Of a stretch of DNA of 64,000 nt, positions 16,084 through 25,064 are shown piece after piece. The notes under the pieces are model-generated. The model saw nothing but the letters and a program-made list of their open reading frames with translations. It did no database searches and was not told where the DNA came from. The DNA comes from a virus, in IMG/VR virus record IMGVR_UViG_3300045988_180454, positions 1,037-65,036 of that record; one strand, 5' to 3'. The position numbers and the translations under genes are program-made. The stretch's first letter is position 1; every line of letters starts with the position of its first letter.

Positions 16084-17630
16084 TGTTAGCCCCGTTTCAA
16101 AAGGACGGGGTGTCTTTTTTAACCAAAAGGCAAGGTGGCTTACTTGCTGACCAACCTGGGACAGGAAAGACACTCCAGATGATCGAGACAATAAAAAGCT
16201 TAGTTAACCAAGGAGATATTCTTGTCCTAGCGCCAAAGGTGGCAGCTGATGTTTCTTGGCCAGAAGAGCTAGCGAAGTGGTCGGACGATGAGGTTGTCGT
16301 TATTACAGGCGGGAAGGCTAAAAAGGAAAAGCTTCTTCAGCAAGTTGTTTCATCGAAGCCGCAGGGTCGTAGGTGGATTGTGGCCAATTTTGAGACAGCG
16401 AGAGTCCGGTATCTCCGTGGGAATCCGGTAATGAAAACCAAGCCTTACTACGAAGAGCACTTCAAGGATCTTTTCAAGATCTACCCAAGAGCACTTATCA
16501 TTGATGAGTCGCACCTCGTTCTTCCAACGAACAAAACCAAGCTTTATAAACAGACCTTGGTGCGTCGTGGGATTATGATGTTGGCTAAAAAGTCTCTATA
16601 TCGCTTTGCTGTCTCTGGTACCCCTGTTCGGGGGAGGCTAGAAAACCTCTGGGGCACCTTAGATTTTCTATCTAATTCAAAAATTGAGTCCTATTGGACG
16701 TGGGTAGACCGGTGGTTTATTACAAGACCAAAAGAGATCTATACGAAGTCTAAAGCGGTACAGACAACAGAAATCATTGGATTAAACCCCCTTCTTAAAG
16801 AAGACTTCGCTAAGCAACTAGACGGAGTGATGATTCGCCGTAAGAAGCTTGATGTGTTCCCAGAGCTTCCGCCAAAGCGTTATGCTGGTTCAACTCTGCA
16901 TGGTGTTGTTGGTCACTGGATTGATTTAACGCCAAGTCAGAAAAGGTTTTATAAGCAAATGAAGGGGTTGGCATTAACCCGGCTTACCTCTGGAACCCTT
17001 GTTGCTCAGGGGATTTTGGCTGAACTCACGAGGCTAAAGCAGTTCGCTAGCGTTTCGGGTGATGTCGCTTATTCTGTAGATGGTGCAACTATTTTTAATC
17101 CTGCTCTTCCTTCTAATAAGTTTGATTGGCTCATAGACTTTCTCACTGAGCGTGGCATTATTGACCAGCCAGAGGCGGAATCAAAAGAGGACGGCAAGGT
17201 AGTTATCGCTAGTCAGTTTAGTCAAGTGCTTGATCTTTTTGAGAAGGCCTTACTTGATAAATATGGTGTCAAATGTTGGAAGATCACGGGGGAAGTTTCA
17301 TCTAAGAAACGAAGCGAAGGGGTAGAAGATTTCCAGAAAGAGGATTCGGGGCTTCGAGTGATGTTACTCAACACCAAGTCCGGCGGTGTCGCGCTCACGC
17401 TTGACCGTGCCGATGAGCTGGTGATCTTGGATGAGACTTTTATTCCTGATGACCAAGAACAGGTAGAGGATCGGATTCACCGGGTGAGTCGGATTCACAA
17501 TGTGATTGTGCACTACGTACGGTCAAAGGGCACAATTGAGGAGACCATTGCGAAAAAGGTTCAAAAGCGGGAAGAGCTACAAAAACAAATCTTAGATGGG
17601 AGCTATGATGTCAAGCAGCTATTTACCTAA
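16083..17630 (+). CDS. SNF2/DEAD-like helicase
   Basis: Motif I LADQPGTGKT, motif II IIDESH, and C-terminal helicase-domain motifs (LLNTKSGGVALTL ... QEQVEDRIHR). Confidence 0.85.
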   Translation: MLAPFQKDGVSFLTKRQGGLLADQPGTGKTLQMIETIKSLVNQGDILVLAPKVAADVSWPEELAKWSDDEVVVITGGKAKKEKLLQQVVSSKPQGRRWIVANFETARVRYLRGNPVMKTKPYYEEHFKDLFKIYPRALIIDESHLVLPTNKTKLYKQTLVRRGIMMLAKKSLYRFAVSGTPVRGRLENLWGTLDFLSNSKIESYWTWVDRWFITRPKEIYTKSKAVQTTEIIGLNPLLKEDFAKQLDGVMIRRKKLDVFPELPPKRYAGSTLHGVVGHWIDLTPSQKRFYKQMKGLALTRLTSGTLVAQGILAELTRLKQFASVSGDVAYSVDGATIFNPALPSNKFDWLIDFLTERGIIDQPEAESKEDGKVVIASQFSQVLDLFEKALLDKYGVKCWKITGEVSSKKRSEGVEDFQKEDSGLRVMLLNTKSGGVALTLDRADELVILDETFIPDDQEQVEDRIHRVSRIHNVIVHYVRSKGTIEETIAKKVQKREELQKQILDGSYDVKQLFT

Positions 17631-18702
17631 AACGGTTTCCCACTCCTCAAAAAGGCGGTTTAAGGAGTGTCCTTGGTCTTATTTCCAGCGGTACGTGAAT
17701 GGTGTTGAGTCTGTTTACAAGAATCAGCTTCCGCTTTTCTTTGGATCTGGAATCCACGAGGCGCTGGAGAAGTGGTATATCCCGGGCTCAGATCGTGGTA
17801 TGCACCCTGTCGATGGCTGGGTAAGTTTTTTCACTTCTCAGACGGAAAATCCTGAGTATGCAGAGCTTTTCCGGGATCAGGATAGGATGAATCAGCAGCT
17901 TGATCTTGGCGTTAACATGCTTGAAGGTTATTTACACCACTGGGGTGAAGATAAGTATATCTATGTTATTGCCAATGAACAGCGATTTAAATGGAACATC
18001 CCTTACGTAGGGCCTAATAACCAACAACTTCAACGCGATCTTATCGGCGCTGTTGACCTGGTGTATCAAGATATGGATAACTATGGACGCTTCACAGTCA
18101 TGGAACACAAGACTGCTTCCAAACTAGGAAGCGAGAACACCCAGTATCTCCCTCTTGATGAGCAAGCAACACTTTATCTCGCGGTGGTAACTAAAATGTT
18201 CCGTGACCAAGGGATTTTGCGTCCTGATGAGTTTGTCCAGGTGATCGTCTATAATTATCTACGTAAAGAAGCTCAAGATTTAACAGACGTTGATGCTGAA
18301 GGCGTCGCGCACAAGAAGCCAGAAAGGAAGCATTATGAGCAAGAATTACTTGGCGTCCCCTGGTTAACAGAGGAAAAAATCAAAAGCTCTTCGCTTGCAG
18401 AGCTCAAAGGTTTAGCTGAGGAACATGAAGTAGTTGTTTTCGGTGACCCGAAGAAGGTGCAGCCGGCACCTCGCTTCGTGCGTAAGACGACATCAAGGAC
18501 GAAGCAGGAGATCAAAGACTTTATTTATCGACTACAAAGCGACCTGACGCTTATGCGCTATGTAGAAGAAGGCATTTTGGCTCCCACGAAGTCGCCAAGT
18601 AGTGCCTGTTGTCGATGTGAGCTTCGAGAGCTTTGTAAGCTAGATGAGCAAGGACGGCTGGATATGGAAAAGTTACCAAATCTTTATAAAAGGCGGTGGT
18701 GA
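17596..18702 (+). CDS. Cas4/RecB-like PD-(D/E)XK exonuclease with Cys cluster
   Basis: D...MEHK nuclease motif. N-terminal Cys (KECPW) plus C-terminal CCRCELRELC, as in 4Fe-4S Cas4-family nucleases. The start may be ATG 17605 or 17608. Confidence 0.7.
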   Translation: MGAMMSSSYLPKTVSHSSKRRFKECPWSYFQRYVNGVESVYKNQLPLFFGSGIHEALEKWYIPGSDRGMHPVDGWVSFFTSQTENPEYAELFRDQDRMNQQLDLGVNMLEGYLHHWGEDKYIYVIANEQRFKWNIPYVGPNNQQLQRDLIGAVDLVYQDMDNYGRFTVMEHKTASKLGSENTQYLPLDEQATLYLAVVTKMFRDQGILRPDEFVQVIVYNYLRKEAQDLTDVDAEGVAHKKPERKHYEQELLGVPWLTEEKIKSSSLAELKGLAEEHEVVVFGDPKKVQPAPRFVRKTTSRTKQEIKDFIYRLQSDLTLMRYVEEGILAPTKSPSSACCRCELRELCKLDEQGRLDMEKLPNLYKRRW

Positions 18703-19019
18703 TGGAACGCAGGTATATTTATATCGACTGGGATAATTTATCCCGAAGGTTTATTGAGGACACTTATTTTCCTTATTGTGTAGTACTTTTTTACGACTCT
18801 CCAAAGAATATCCTCGCAGAGGAGAATTTGTTTTGCTGGGTAGGCAAGGTTGGAGAAGACCAGTACTATATGAAATCCCAAGAAATGGTGGCTAAAGATA
18901 TCGTTGCTTGGCTTCACCAGCGGGGATATGGAGTAGATGTTCAAGGTCCCGAATCAGAAGAAGTAAGAACAGTCATGACACAATACGAGGTGGTAATTTA
19001 TGAGCGACCAGTTCCTTGA
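18702..19019 (+). CDS. hypothetical protein
   Basis: TGATG overlap with the upstream stop. Confidence 0.55.
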   Translation: MERRYIYIDWDNLSRRFIEDTYFPYCVVLFYDSPKNILAEENLFCWVGKVGEDQYYMKSQEMVAKDIVAWLHQRGYGVDVQGPESEEVRTVMTQYEVVIYERPVP

Positions 19020-19731
19020 TAGCTTAGAGACAGCAGAGTCTGTGAGCGAAAAGGTTAACATCTTGGTGTATGGTCCACCTGCTGTTGGTAAGACCTTTTT
19101 TGCGGGTAGCGGGGCTAATGATGGTAAGGGTGTTTTAATTTTATCTATTGAAAATGGACTGAACGCCATTAGCCGACCGGGCAATAAAACAAAAATCAAG
19201 CGGATAGAAACGTACCCTAAGCTTTTGGAAGCAGTGGAGTGGGTGCAGAAAAACCCTTACGTTTTCGATTGGGTTATTGTAGATTCGCTTTCTCGGGTGC
19301 AGTCAAAGCTTATTTGGCCGTGGATTGCCGAGAACCGCAAAGCGAATCGGGACAAACTTAATCGTGAGCTGCAAGAATACAATACTGCGTTTCTCCACAC
19401 CGAAAAACTCATTGATGACCTTTGCTATAGTAAAGCAAATGTTATTTTCTTGGCGACGGATACATCTTTAAAAGAAGACTCTCGCATCATTTGCCCTGAC
19501 ATTGATGGTCGCAAGGGAAAAATGCCGGATTACCTTATGGGTCGCATGGATCTTGCGTTCTATGTTTCTATCGCACAAAATAATCAAGGTGAAATCATAC
19601 GAAAGTTTGATAGTACACCCCATGAATTTATCCGCACCCAGGATAAGCTGGGGCTTTATCCTAAGCCTGTGGCAAATCTCACACTTGAACGACTCACAAA
19701 TGACATGCAAGCTAAATATGGGGTAGACTAG
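19000..19731 (+). CDS. RecA-fold AAA ATPase, Sak4-like (AAA_24-type)
   Basis: Walker A VYGPPAVGKTF, then VLILSIENG and a Walker B-like VIVDSLS. Sits between a nuclease and an SSB-like gene. Confidence 0.65.
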   Translation: MSDQFLDSLETAESVSEKVNILVYGPPAVGKTFFAGSGANDGKGVLILSIENGLNAISRPGNKTKIKRIETYPKLLEAVEWVQKNPYVFDWVIVDSLSRVQSKLIWPWIAENRKANRDKLNRELQEYNTAFLHTEKLIDDLCYSKANVIFLATDTSLKEDSRIICPDIDGRKGKMPDYLMGRMDLAFYVSIAQNNQGEIIRKFDSTPHEFIRTQDKLGLYPKPVANLTLERLTNDMQAKYGVD

Positions 19732-19735
19732 AACA

Positions 19736-20338
19736 ATGCTGAAATTCAACATTCCTAACAGCCGTCCTTCCTTGGAAGACCTCAAGAAGGCTCGGGAAAA
19801 TACCGGTGGTTACAGTGGTCCCACCCCGCAACCTGGCAAATATGACACTCGTCTTGTCCAGTTGAATCTTACTGAATCTCGCTCAGGCAATTTGATGTTC
19901 AAGGCTCGGCTCGCTATTGAGGATTATGAAGCCCAAGGCGCATATAAAGGTTTTGTCTTTACCCATTATGTGGTGATTCCTTATAACCCATCTGCAAACG
20001 GGTTCTCTCTTCAGCTCAATAACCTTGATGACTTCATGAAAGCGATCAGCTTTGGTAAAGACAAAGCTGATGAATGCTATATCGCTTTAGAAAAGAACGA
20101 TTATGTGGCCGGTGAAAACAGTGAAACCGATGGTCAGCTTTCCGAGTTTGCGGGAAATAAGATTGGCGATTTCATTAAAATTGTGGTTGTCTCTGGCCTT
20201 CAGGACGACACCCGAGACCCAGAAAAGCAATGGGCACGAGTGAAGTATATCGACGTGGCTGCAACCAAAGCGCTTCAAGACGGCAATCCGCCTGAAGAAG
20301 ACGGATTTGCAGAGCTTGGAGATATGGAGTTGATGTAA
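19736..20338 (+). CDS. putative ssDNA-binding protein with acidic C-terminal tail
   Basis: Called from its position in the recombination module and its acidic tail (PPEEDGFAELGDMELM). No diagnostic motif was seen. Confidence 0.35.
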   Translation: MLKFNIPNSRPSLEDLKKARENTGGYSGPTPQPGKYDTRLVQLNLTESRSGNLMFKARLAIEDYEAQGAYKGFVFTHYVVIPYNPSANGFSLQLNNLDDFMKAISFGKDKADECYIALEKNDYVAGENSETDGQLSEFAGNKIGDFIKIVVVSGLQDDTRDPEKQWARVKYIDVAATKALQDGNPPEEDGFAELGDMELM

Positions 20339-20339
20339 G

Positions 20340-20606
20340 TTGGTAGAAGTTGACATTTATTCTCTGCCTCGCTGCACTCAATGCGAGAAAGCAAAGCGAT
20401 TTATCAAGAATTATCAAGGGGAGCTGAAGGTTTCTGATCGAGGTTTTTTATCAAATCACCCAGATATCATTGCTTCAAAGCATATTCAGCAAGCCCCTTA
20501 TATCTTTATCCGCCACTTAGCTAGCGGGAACACCTATGATCTTACGGGATTTGACCAAGCCAAGCTTGAATATGCCTTGTCAGACGGCGATGACCAAGCC
20601 TGGTAG
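20340..20606 (+). CDS. nrdH: NrdH-like glutaredoxin
   Basis: Small thioredoxin-fold ORF with VDIYSLPRCTQCEKAK (CxxC near the N-terminus). Confidence 0.7.
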   Translation: MVEVDIYSLPRCTQCEKAKRFIKNYQGELKVSDRGFLSNHPDIIASKHIQQAPYIFIRHLASGNTYDLTGFDQAKLEYALSDGDDQAW

Positions 20607-20608
20607 TT

Positions 20609-20637
20609 TTGTAAGATAAACATAACAATGTTATAAT
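20609..20637 (+). promoter_or_regulatory. extended -10 promoter TTGTAA-N17-(TGT)TATAAT
   Basis: TTGTAA at 20609-20614 and TGTTATAAT at 20629-20637. It shares the ATGTTATAATAA core with the minus-strand promoter at 54465-54473. Confidence 0.6.
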
Positions 20638-20646
20638 AATGTTGTA

Positions 20647-20695
20647 CTCACTAGCTGATCTTTCTTCCTTTCTGTTTTAGCTAGTGAGTTTTTTT
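20647..20695 (+). terminator. hairpin + T7 terminator/attenuator directly downstream of the promoter and upstream of dnaE
   Basis: CTCACTAGCT (20647-20656) pairs with AGCTAGTGAG (20679-20688) around a 22-nt loop. A T-run follows at 20689-20695. Confidence 0.6.
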
Positions 20696-20708
20696 ATTGG
20701 AGTCAAAA

Positions 20709-23700
20709 ATGGATTTTGTTTCACTGCATGGACACACCTCCTTTAGTTTCGGCGACGGTCACGGCTCACCAGACCAGCACGTTAAGCGAGTAAAAGAGCT
20801 AGGAATGTCGGCATTAGCAGTTACAGAGCACGGCAACGTTTCCAGCCATGTTCAGCTAGAGAAAGCATGCAAGAAGCACGGAATCAAACCTATTTTTGGC
20901 GTAGAAGCTTATGTGGCCCCACCTAATGAAAAACATAAATTTCACCAAACAATCCTTGCCATGAATCAGCAAGGCTATCGACAACTCAATGAGCTGGTTA
21001 CTCGCTCTTATCATGAAGGCTTTTATTTCAAGCCAACGATGCATCCTGAGTGGCTGCTAGATGAAAAGCTTACCTCTGACCTTATTGTCCTTTCTGGTTG
21101 CGCTGACTCGTGGCTTTCATGCACTCTGACAGGCGGGAAGAGTATTACAGATGTTCCCCGCTTGGACAATTTAACTAATCCCTCAGAAGCGGATAAGCAG
21201 CTGTATCTCAGCCGCTATCCTCTTGGTGTTGAGCTAGCTAAGCGGTTTCAGGAGTGTTACGGCGACCGATATTATATTGAGCTTCAGCCCTTCTCTTTTT
21301 ATATGCGCACACGGGTTTTAAACTCTATGAATGTTCGGATAGGAAAACAGCTAGATATCCCTCTGGTGGCCACAGCTGATGTTCACTATCCTTTTCCTGA
21401 AGATTGGGAGACTCAGGTTTACCTGAACGCTATCGCGTGGAATCAGACCCCTAGCAGTCTCACAGAGCGCCGAAATTACCAGCGGGATCCTCAAGCCTAC
21501 CCGCGGTCTGAAAAAGAGCTATACGGTCGCTTAGTAGCTGCGGCTGTGCCAAGTGATGTAGCACGTGAAGCGATTACAATTACCCCGCAGATCACTGAGC
21601 GCTGCGACGTCACCTTGCCGAAGAATGACCCTATCCGGTTCCAAACAGGTTGGACGGTAGAACAAGCAGAAACCCGGCTCATCAAAGAGCTACAAGACGG
21701 CTTGCTTCGGCGAGTAAAACAATCAGATACTTTTACTACTCACTATAAAGAAAACAGGCAAGCCTATATTGACCGCATCAAAAAAGAGTTTGCAGTTATT
21801 AAAGCAAAAGGTTTCTGTGATTACTTCCTTATCAATCAAGATGTGATTGGTTGGGCTAAGAAGGAAGGGATTGTAGTTGGTCCAGCCCGCGGCTCAGCTG
21901 CTGGTTCATTGGTTTGTTATCTGCTTGGCATTACAGAAATTAATCCAATGGTATTTCCACAAATGCTGTTTGAACGCTTCCTTGACCCTGGACGCGAAGA
22001 TGCGCCTGACATTGATACGGATTACGAAGACGCAAAACGAGACCAAGTTTTTGATTATGCGAGGTCTCGTTACGGGCAGGAAAACGTCGGCAATATCGGA
22101 AATTTCTCTCGCTATCGAGGGAAAATGGCTATTAAAGATGTGGCAAGAGTCACAGGTGTTCGCATTGATGTAGCAGATAAATATAATAGCTATATTGAGC
22201 AGCTGCCGTTTGGTGACCCTCGTGAATTTGAAACAGCGAAAATCGCTTCAGAGAATTTTGAAGAAGCTAAGGCAATCATTGATAGCCACCCAGGCTTAGA
22301 GAAGGCATTTGAGATTGAAGGCGATATGAAGACGCTCTCTATCCATGCCGCAGGGATGGTTTTAAGCAACAAACCAATTAAAGAGACATGTGCTTTATAT
22401 CACTCAACCAAGTCTAGTGGGGTAGACACGGAGGTTATTGCTTTTGATAAACGTGACGCAGCTTACCTCAACCTTCTCAAACTTGACTGCCTAGGGCTTT
22501 CCACGCTCACACTTATCTCAAAAGCAATTGAGGGAGCCCCCGATTTCACCATCAATGACCTATACAGTCTTCCCCTTGATAACGTCACAGTGCTGAAATC
22601 CTTTGCCAATGATGACCTCAATGGAATCTTTCAGTTTGAAGGTCGGTCTACCCGCGCTATTGTAAATCAGCTATTCTGGGATCGTCCAGACGCTTATCCA
22701 GATATTAACCAATTAGCAGACATTAATGCTCTAAGCCGGCCTGGGGCATTATCTTCAGGTATGACAGCGGAATATATTCGCGTAGCGCGCGGTGCCGAGC
22801 CACGTAGCTACCACCCGGTTGTTGATAAAATCCTTGGCTCTACCAATGGGTGCTTGGTGTACCAAGAACAAGTGATGCAGATCGGTAAAGAATTTGGCGG
22901 GCTATCCGATCACGAGATTGGACGATTACGTAAGATCATTGGCTCTAAGCAGTCAGGCGGAGCTTTTGATGAGTTTAAGGCCAAGTTTTTATCTGGTGCA
23001 AAAGAGAATTGGGGAGCAGACGAAGCCCTCGCTTTAGAGATTTGGGACTACATGGCCGCGTCAGCGGGTTATCTTTTTAACGTGGCACATGCAGTAAGCT
23101 ATGCGGTTATTGCTTACTGGTCAATGTATTTGAAGCGAAATTACCCAGCGAGTTTTTACGCTGGTGCGCTTATTATTGCCAGTCAAAAAGGCAAGGTAAA
23201 AGGGAAAGTCAATCCTGTCCGTCCTATCTTGCTTGACGCTAAGGCACACAACATTGATATCCTCCCACCTCATCCTGCTTATAGTGGCTACACTTGGACT
23301 GCCTCAGAGCGATCAGTGAGAGCCGGGTTCCTGCAACTTCCAAAGGTGGGTCCCAAGATTGCTAGCGCAATGCGGGATGCGCTAAATTCTAGTCCTGATG
23401 TTGCTTCTTGGGAGCGCTATATGTACGAAGTGAAAGGCTTTGGAAAGAAGACTGTAGAGGCTATTCATGCTTGGCTAGATGATAACGATGATCCTTTCGG
23501 CGTCGAGTTTGACGAAAATCTTTATCAAATTGTTACAGAAAAGATCAATAATTGGGAACTAGACCTACCAGCGCTCACACTTGATTCTAAAAACTTAAAT
23601 GCTCAGCTCGGGAATCAGCTGGTCACAACAATTTTACGAGTCGAAGGCCTGAAACGAATCTTTGTGGATACAGATGGAATGGATTCACCCCATCTCAACC

Positions 23701-23903
23701 TCAAGGCGAAACTAACCTGTATTACTAGCAAAGGCAAGGAGGTTGCGGTAAACGTTTCTCGCTATCAGTATCGCTCTTTAGCAAGAGAGCTGAAACACTA
23801 TAATGATGATAAAGAGTTTCTTGTCTGTGTGACAGGAACAACCAGTTTTGAATACGGATTAGCCATTCAAGGAAAGGATTTAACCTTTGTCCAACTCAAT
23901 TAG
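20709..23903 (+). CDS. dnaE: DNA polymerase III alpha subunit (PHP + polymerase core)
   Basis: TGGAG-N6-ATG. N-terminal PHP motif FVSLHGHTSFSFGDG. About 1060 aa. Confidence 0.9.
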   Translation: MDFVSLHGHTSFSFGDGHGSPDQHVKRVKELGMSALAVTEHGNVSSHVQLEKACKKHGIKPIFGVEAYVAPPNEKHKFHQTILAMNQQGYRQLNELVTRSYHEGFYFKPTMHPEWLLDEKLTSDLIVLSGCADSWLSCTLTGGKSITDVPRLDNLTNPSEADKQLYLSRYPLGVELAKRFQECYGDRYYIELQPFSFYMRTRVLNSMNVRIGKQLDIPLVATADVHYPFPEDWETQVYLNAIAWNQTPSSLTERRNYQRDPQAYPRSEKELYGRLVAAAVPSDVAREAITITPQITERCDVTLPKNDPIRFQTGWTVEQAETRLIKELQDGLLRRVKQSDTFTTHYKENRQAYIDRIKKEFAVIKAKGFCDYFLINQDVIGWAKKEGIVVGPARGSAAGSLVCYLLGITEINPMVFPQMLFERFLDPGREDAPDIDTDYEDAKRDQVFDYARSRYGQENVGNIGNFSRYRGKMAIKDVARVTGVRIDVADKYNSYIEQLPFGDPREFETAKIASENFEEAKAIIDSHPGLEKAFEIEGDMKTLSIHAAGMVLSNKPIKETCALYHSTKSSGVDTEVIAFDKRDAAYLNLLKLDCLGLSTLTLISKAIEGAPDFTINDLYSLPLDNVTVLKSFANDDLNGIFQFEGRSTRAIVNQLFWDRPDAYPDINQLADINALSRPGALSSGMTAEYIRVARGAEPRSYHPVVDKILGSTNGCLVYQEQVMQIGKEFGGLSDHEIGRLRKIIGSKQSGGAFDEFKAKFLSGAKENWGADEALALEIWDYMAASAGYLFNVAHAVSYAVIAYWSMYLKRNYPASFYAGALIIASQKGKVKGKVNPVRPILLDAKAHNIDILPPHPAYSGYTWTASERSVRAGFLQLPKVGPKIASAMRDALNSSPDVASWERYMYEVKGFGKKTVEAIHAWLDDNDDPFGVEFDENLYQIVTEKINNWELDLPALTLDSKNLNAQLGNQLVTTILRVEGLKRIFVDTDGMDSPHLNLKAKLTCITSKGKEVAVNVSRYQYRSLARELKHYNDDKEFLVCVTGTTSFEYGLAIQGKDLTFVQLN

Positions 23904-24498
23904 GCATATTGAATTTGATTTCTCCAAAGAAGATCTTTGGGAGCTAATAAGGGACAATAAGTTGCGATTTAAGCCCCAAGAAGATGATTTTATTGCAGCA
24001 GTTGATCCGGGTGGAGTAACTGGAATCGCTGTTGCGTGTCTGAAAGACGAGCCGAAAGACTTTTCTGATATTTATTGGCTAGCGACATCGCAATATGATT
24101 TCCGAGAGTTTCAGACTACAGAAGATCTATTCACCGCAGAAGATGAATTTGTGCACCGATTTTTTGACTTCCTTGAAACCTGGCCTATTGCTGATGATTT
24201 TGATTACGGGTTTGTGCACATCATCGTTGAGGATTTTATTCTTCGCCAAGGCGGAATGGGGAGAGAGCTGCTTTCTCCGGTCAGAATTGCATCGAAGATT
24301 CAATATGCAGAAAAATTTCATGACCACGAGTATTACCCATGGACAGATCTTATGTATCAGTCTCCCAGCTCTATTAAAACTACCTGCACACCAGAAAGGA
24401 TGAAAGCGTGGGGATTCCCAGAACTCAATCATTCACAGCGACACAGTTTCGATGCTTTGCGCCATATCGCCTTTCAGGTCCGCTCATTGATGGTGTAG
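23887..24498 (+). CDS. RuvC-like Holliday junction resolvase
   Basis: AAVDPGGVTGIAV (first catalytic Asp), IIVEDF, and a C-terminal SFDALRH motif. Confidence 0.7.
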   Translation: MSNSIRHIEFDFSKEDLWELIRDNKLRFKPQEDDFIAAVDPGGVTGIAVACLKDEPKDFSDIYWLATSQYDFREFQTTEDLFTAEDEFVHRFFDFLETWPIADDFDYGFVHIIVEDFILRQGGMGRELLSPVRIASKIQYAEKFHDHEYYPWTDLMYQSPSSIKTTCTPERMKAWGFPELNHSQRHSFDALRHIAFQVRSLMV

Positions 24499-25064
24499 AA
24501 AAACCAGGGGAAAAATTCTATCTTTGCAAGAAAGATATCTTTCAACTCTTAGGTGTTCCTCTTACCCCGCAGGATCAAAACAATCTCGTCCAGAGAGCAC
24601 GAAGAAGAAAACCTCCCATACCCACCCATTATTGGTATTCCTCCCATCACCGAATGAGCTTGGAAGAATCCCTCGCTTTTCTTGAGAGAATCAAGGGATA
24701 TCCTAAATTTCAAAACCTAGACTTTGGTTGGCAAAAAGAGCTGATAATCAACGCCTGTTGTGATTTAAAAGACACCTATCCGCTCAACGCTTTGTTGATT
24801 TATCTTGGTTTGTCTAGCTCATCAGGGATTCCTGGAAGCAAAAGGGATTTTTCTTCCCAGTATGCTAAAATGCCTTGTATACCTAAAAGCCTGACCCAGC
24901 GAATTTACCCCTGGATCAGAAGTACATATCTCGTAGATAAGGCTGTAGCAGATGAGATCAGCCTCCGGAAAGACAAAGGTGAAGAGCTTCACATGATAAT
25001 TGCTAGTCTTGAGACTCCGCTTATGCTAAACTTGAGCTCAAGAAAAGGAGATATCAATGCTTAA
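24408..25064 (+). CDS. hypothetical protein (possible HTH); start unresolved
   Basis: The only canonical in-frame starts are GTG 24408 (91-nt overlap with the resolvase) and ATG 24654. The coding-like sequence begins before 24654. Confidence 0.45.
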   Translation: MGIPRTQSFTATQFRCFAPYRLSGPLIDGVEKPGEKFYLCKKDIFQLLGVPLTPQDQNNLVQRARRRKPPIPTHYWYSSHHRMSLEESLAFLERIKGYPKFQNLDFGWQKELIINACCDLKDTYPLNALLIYLGLSSSSGIPGSKRDFSSQYAKMPCIPKSLTQRIYPWIRSTYLVDKAVADEISLRKDKGEELHMIIASLETPLMLNLSSRKGDINA

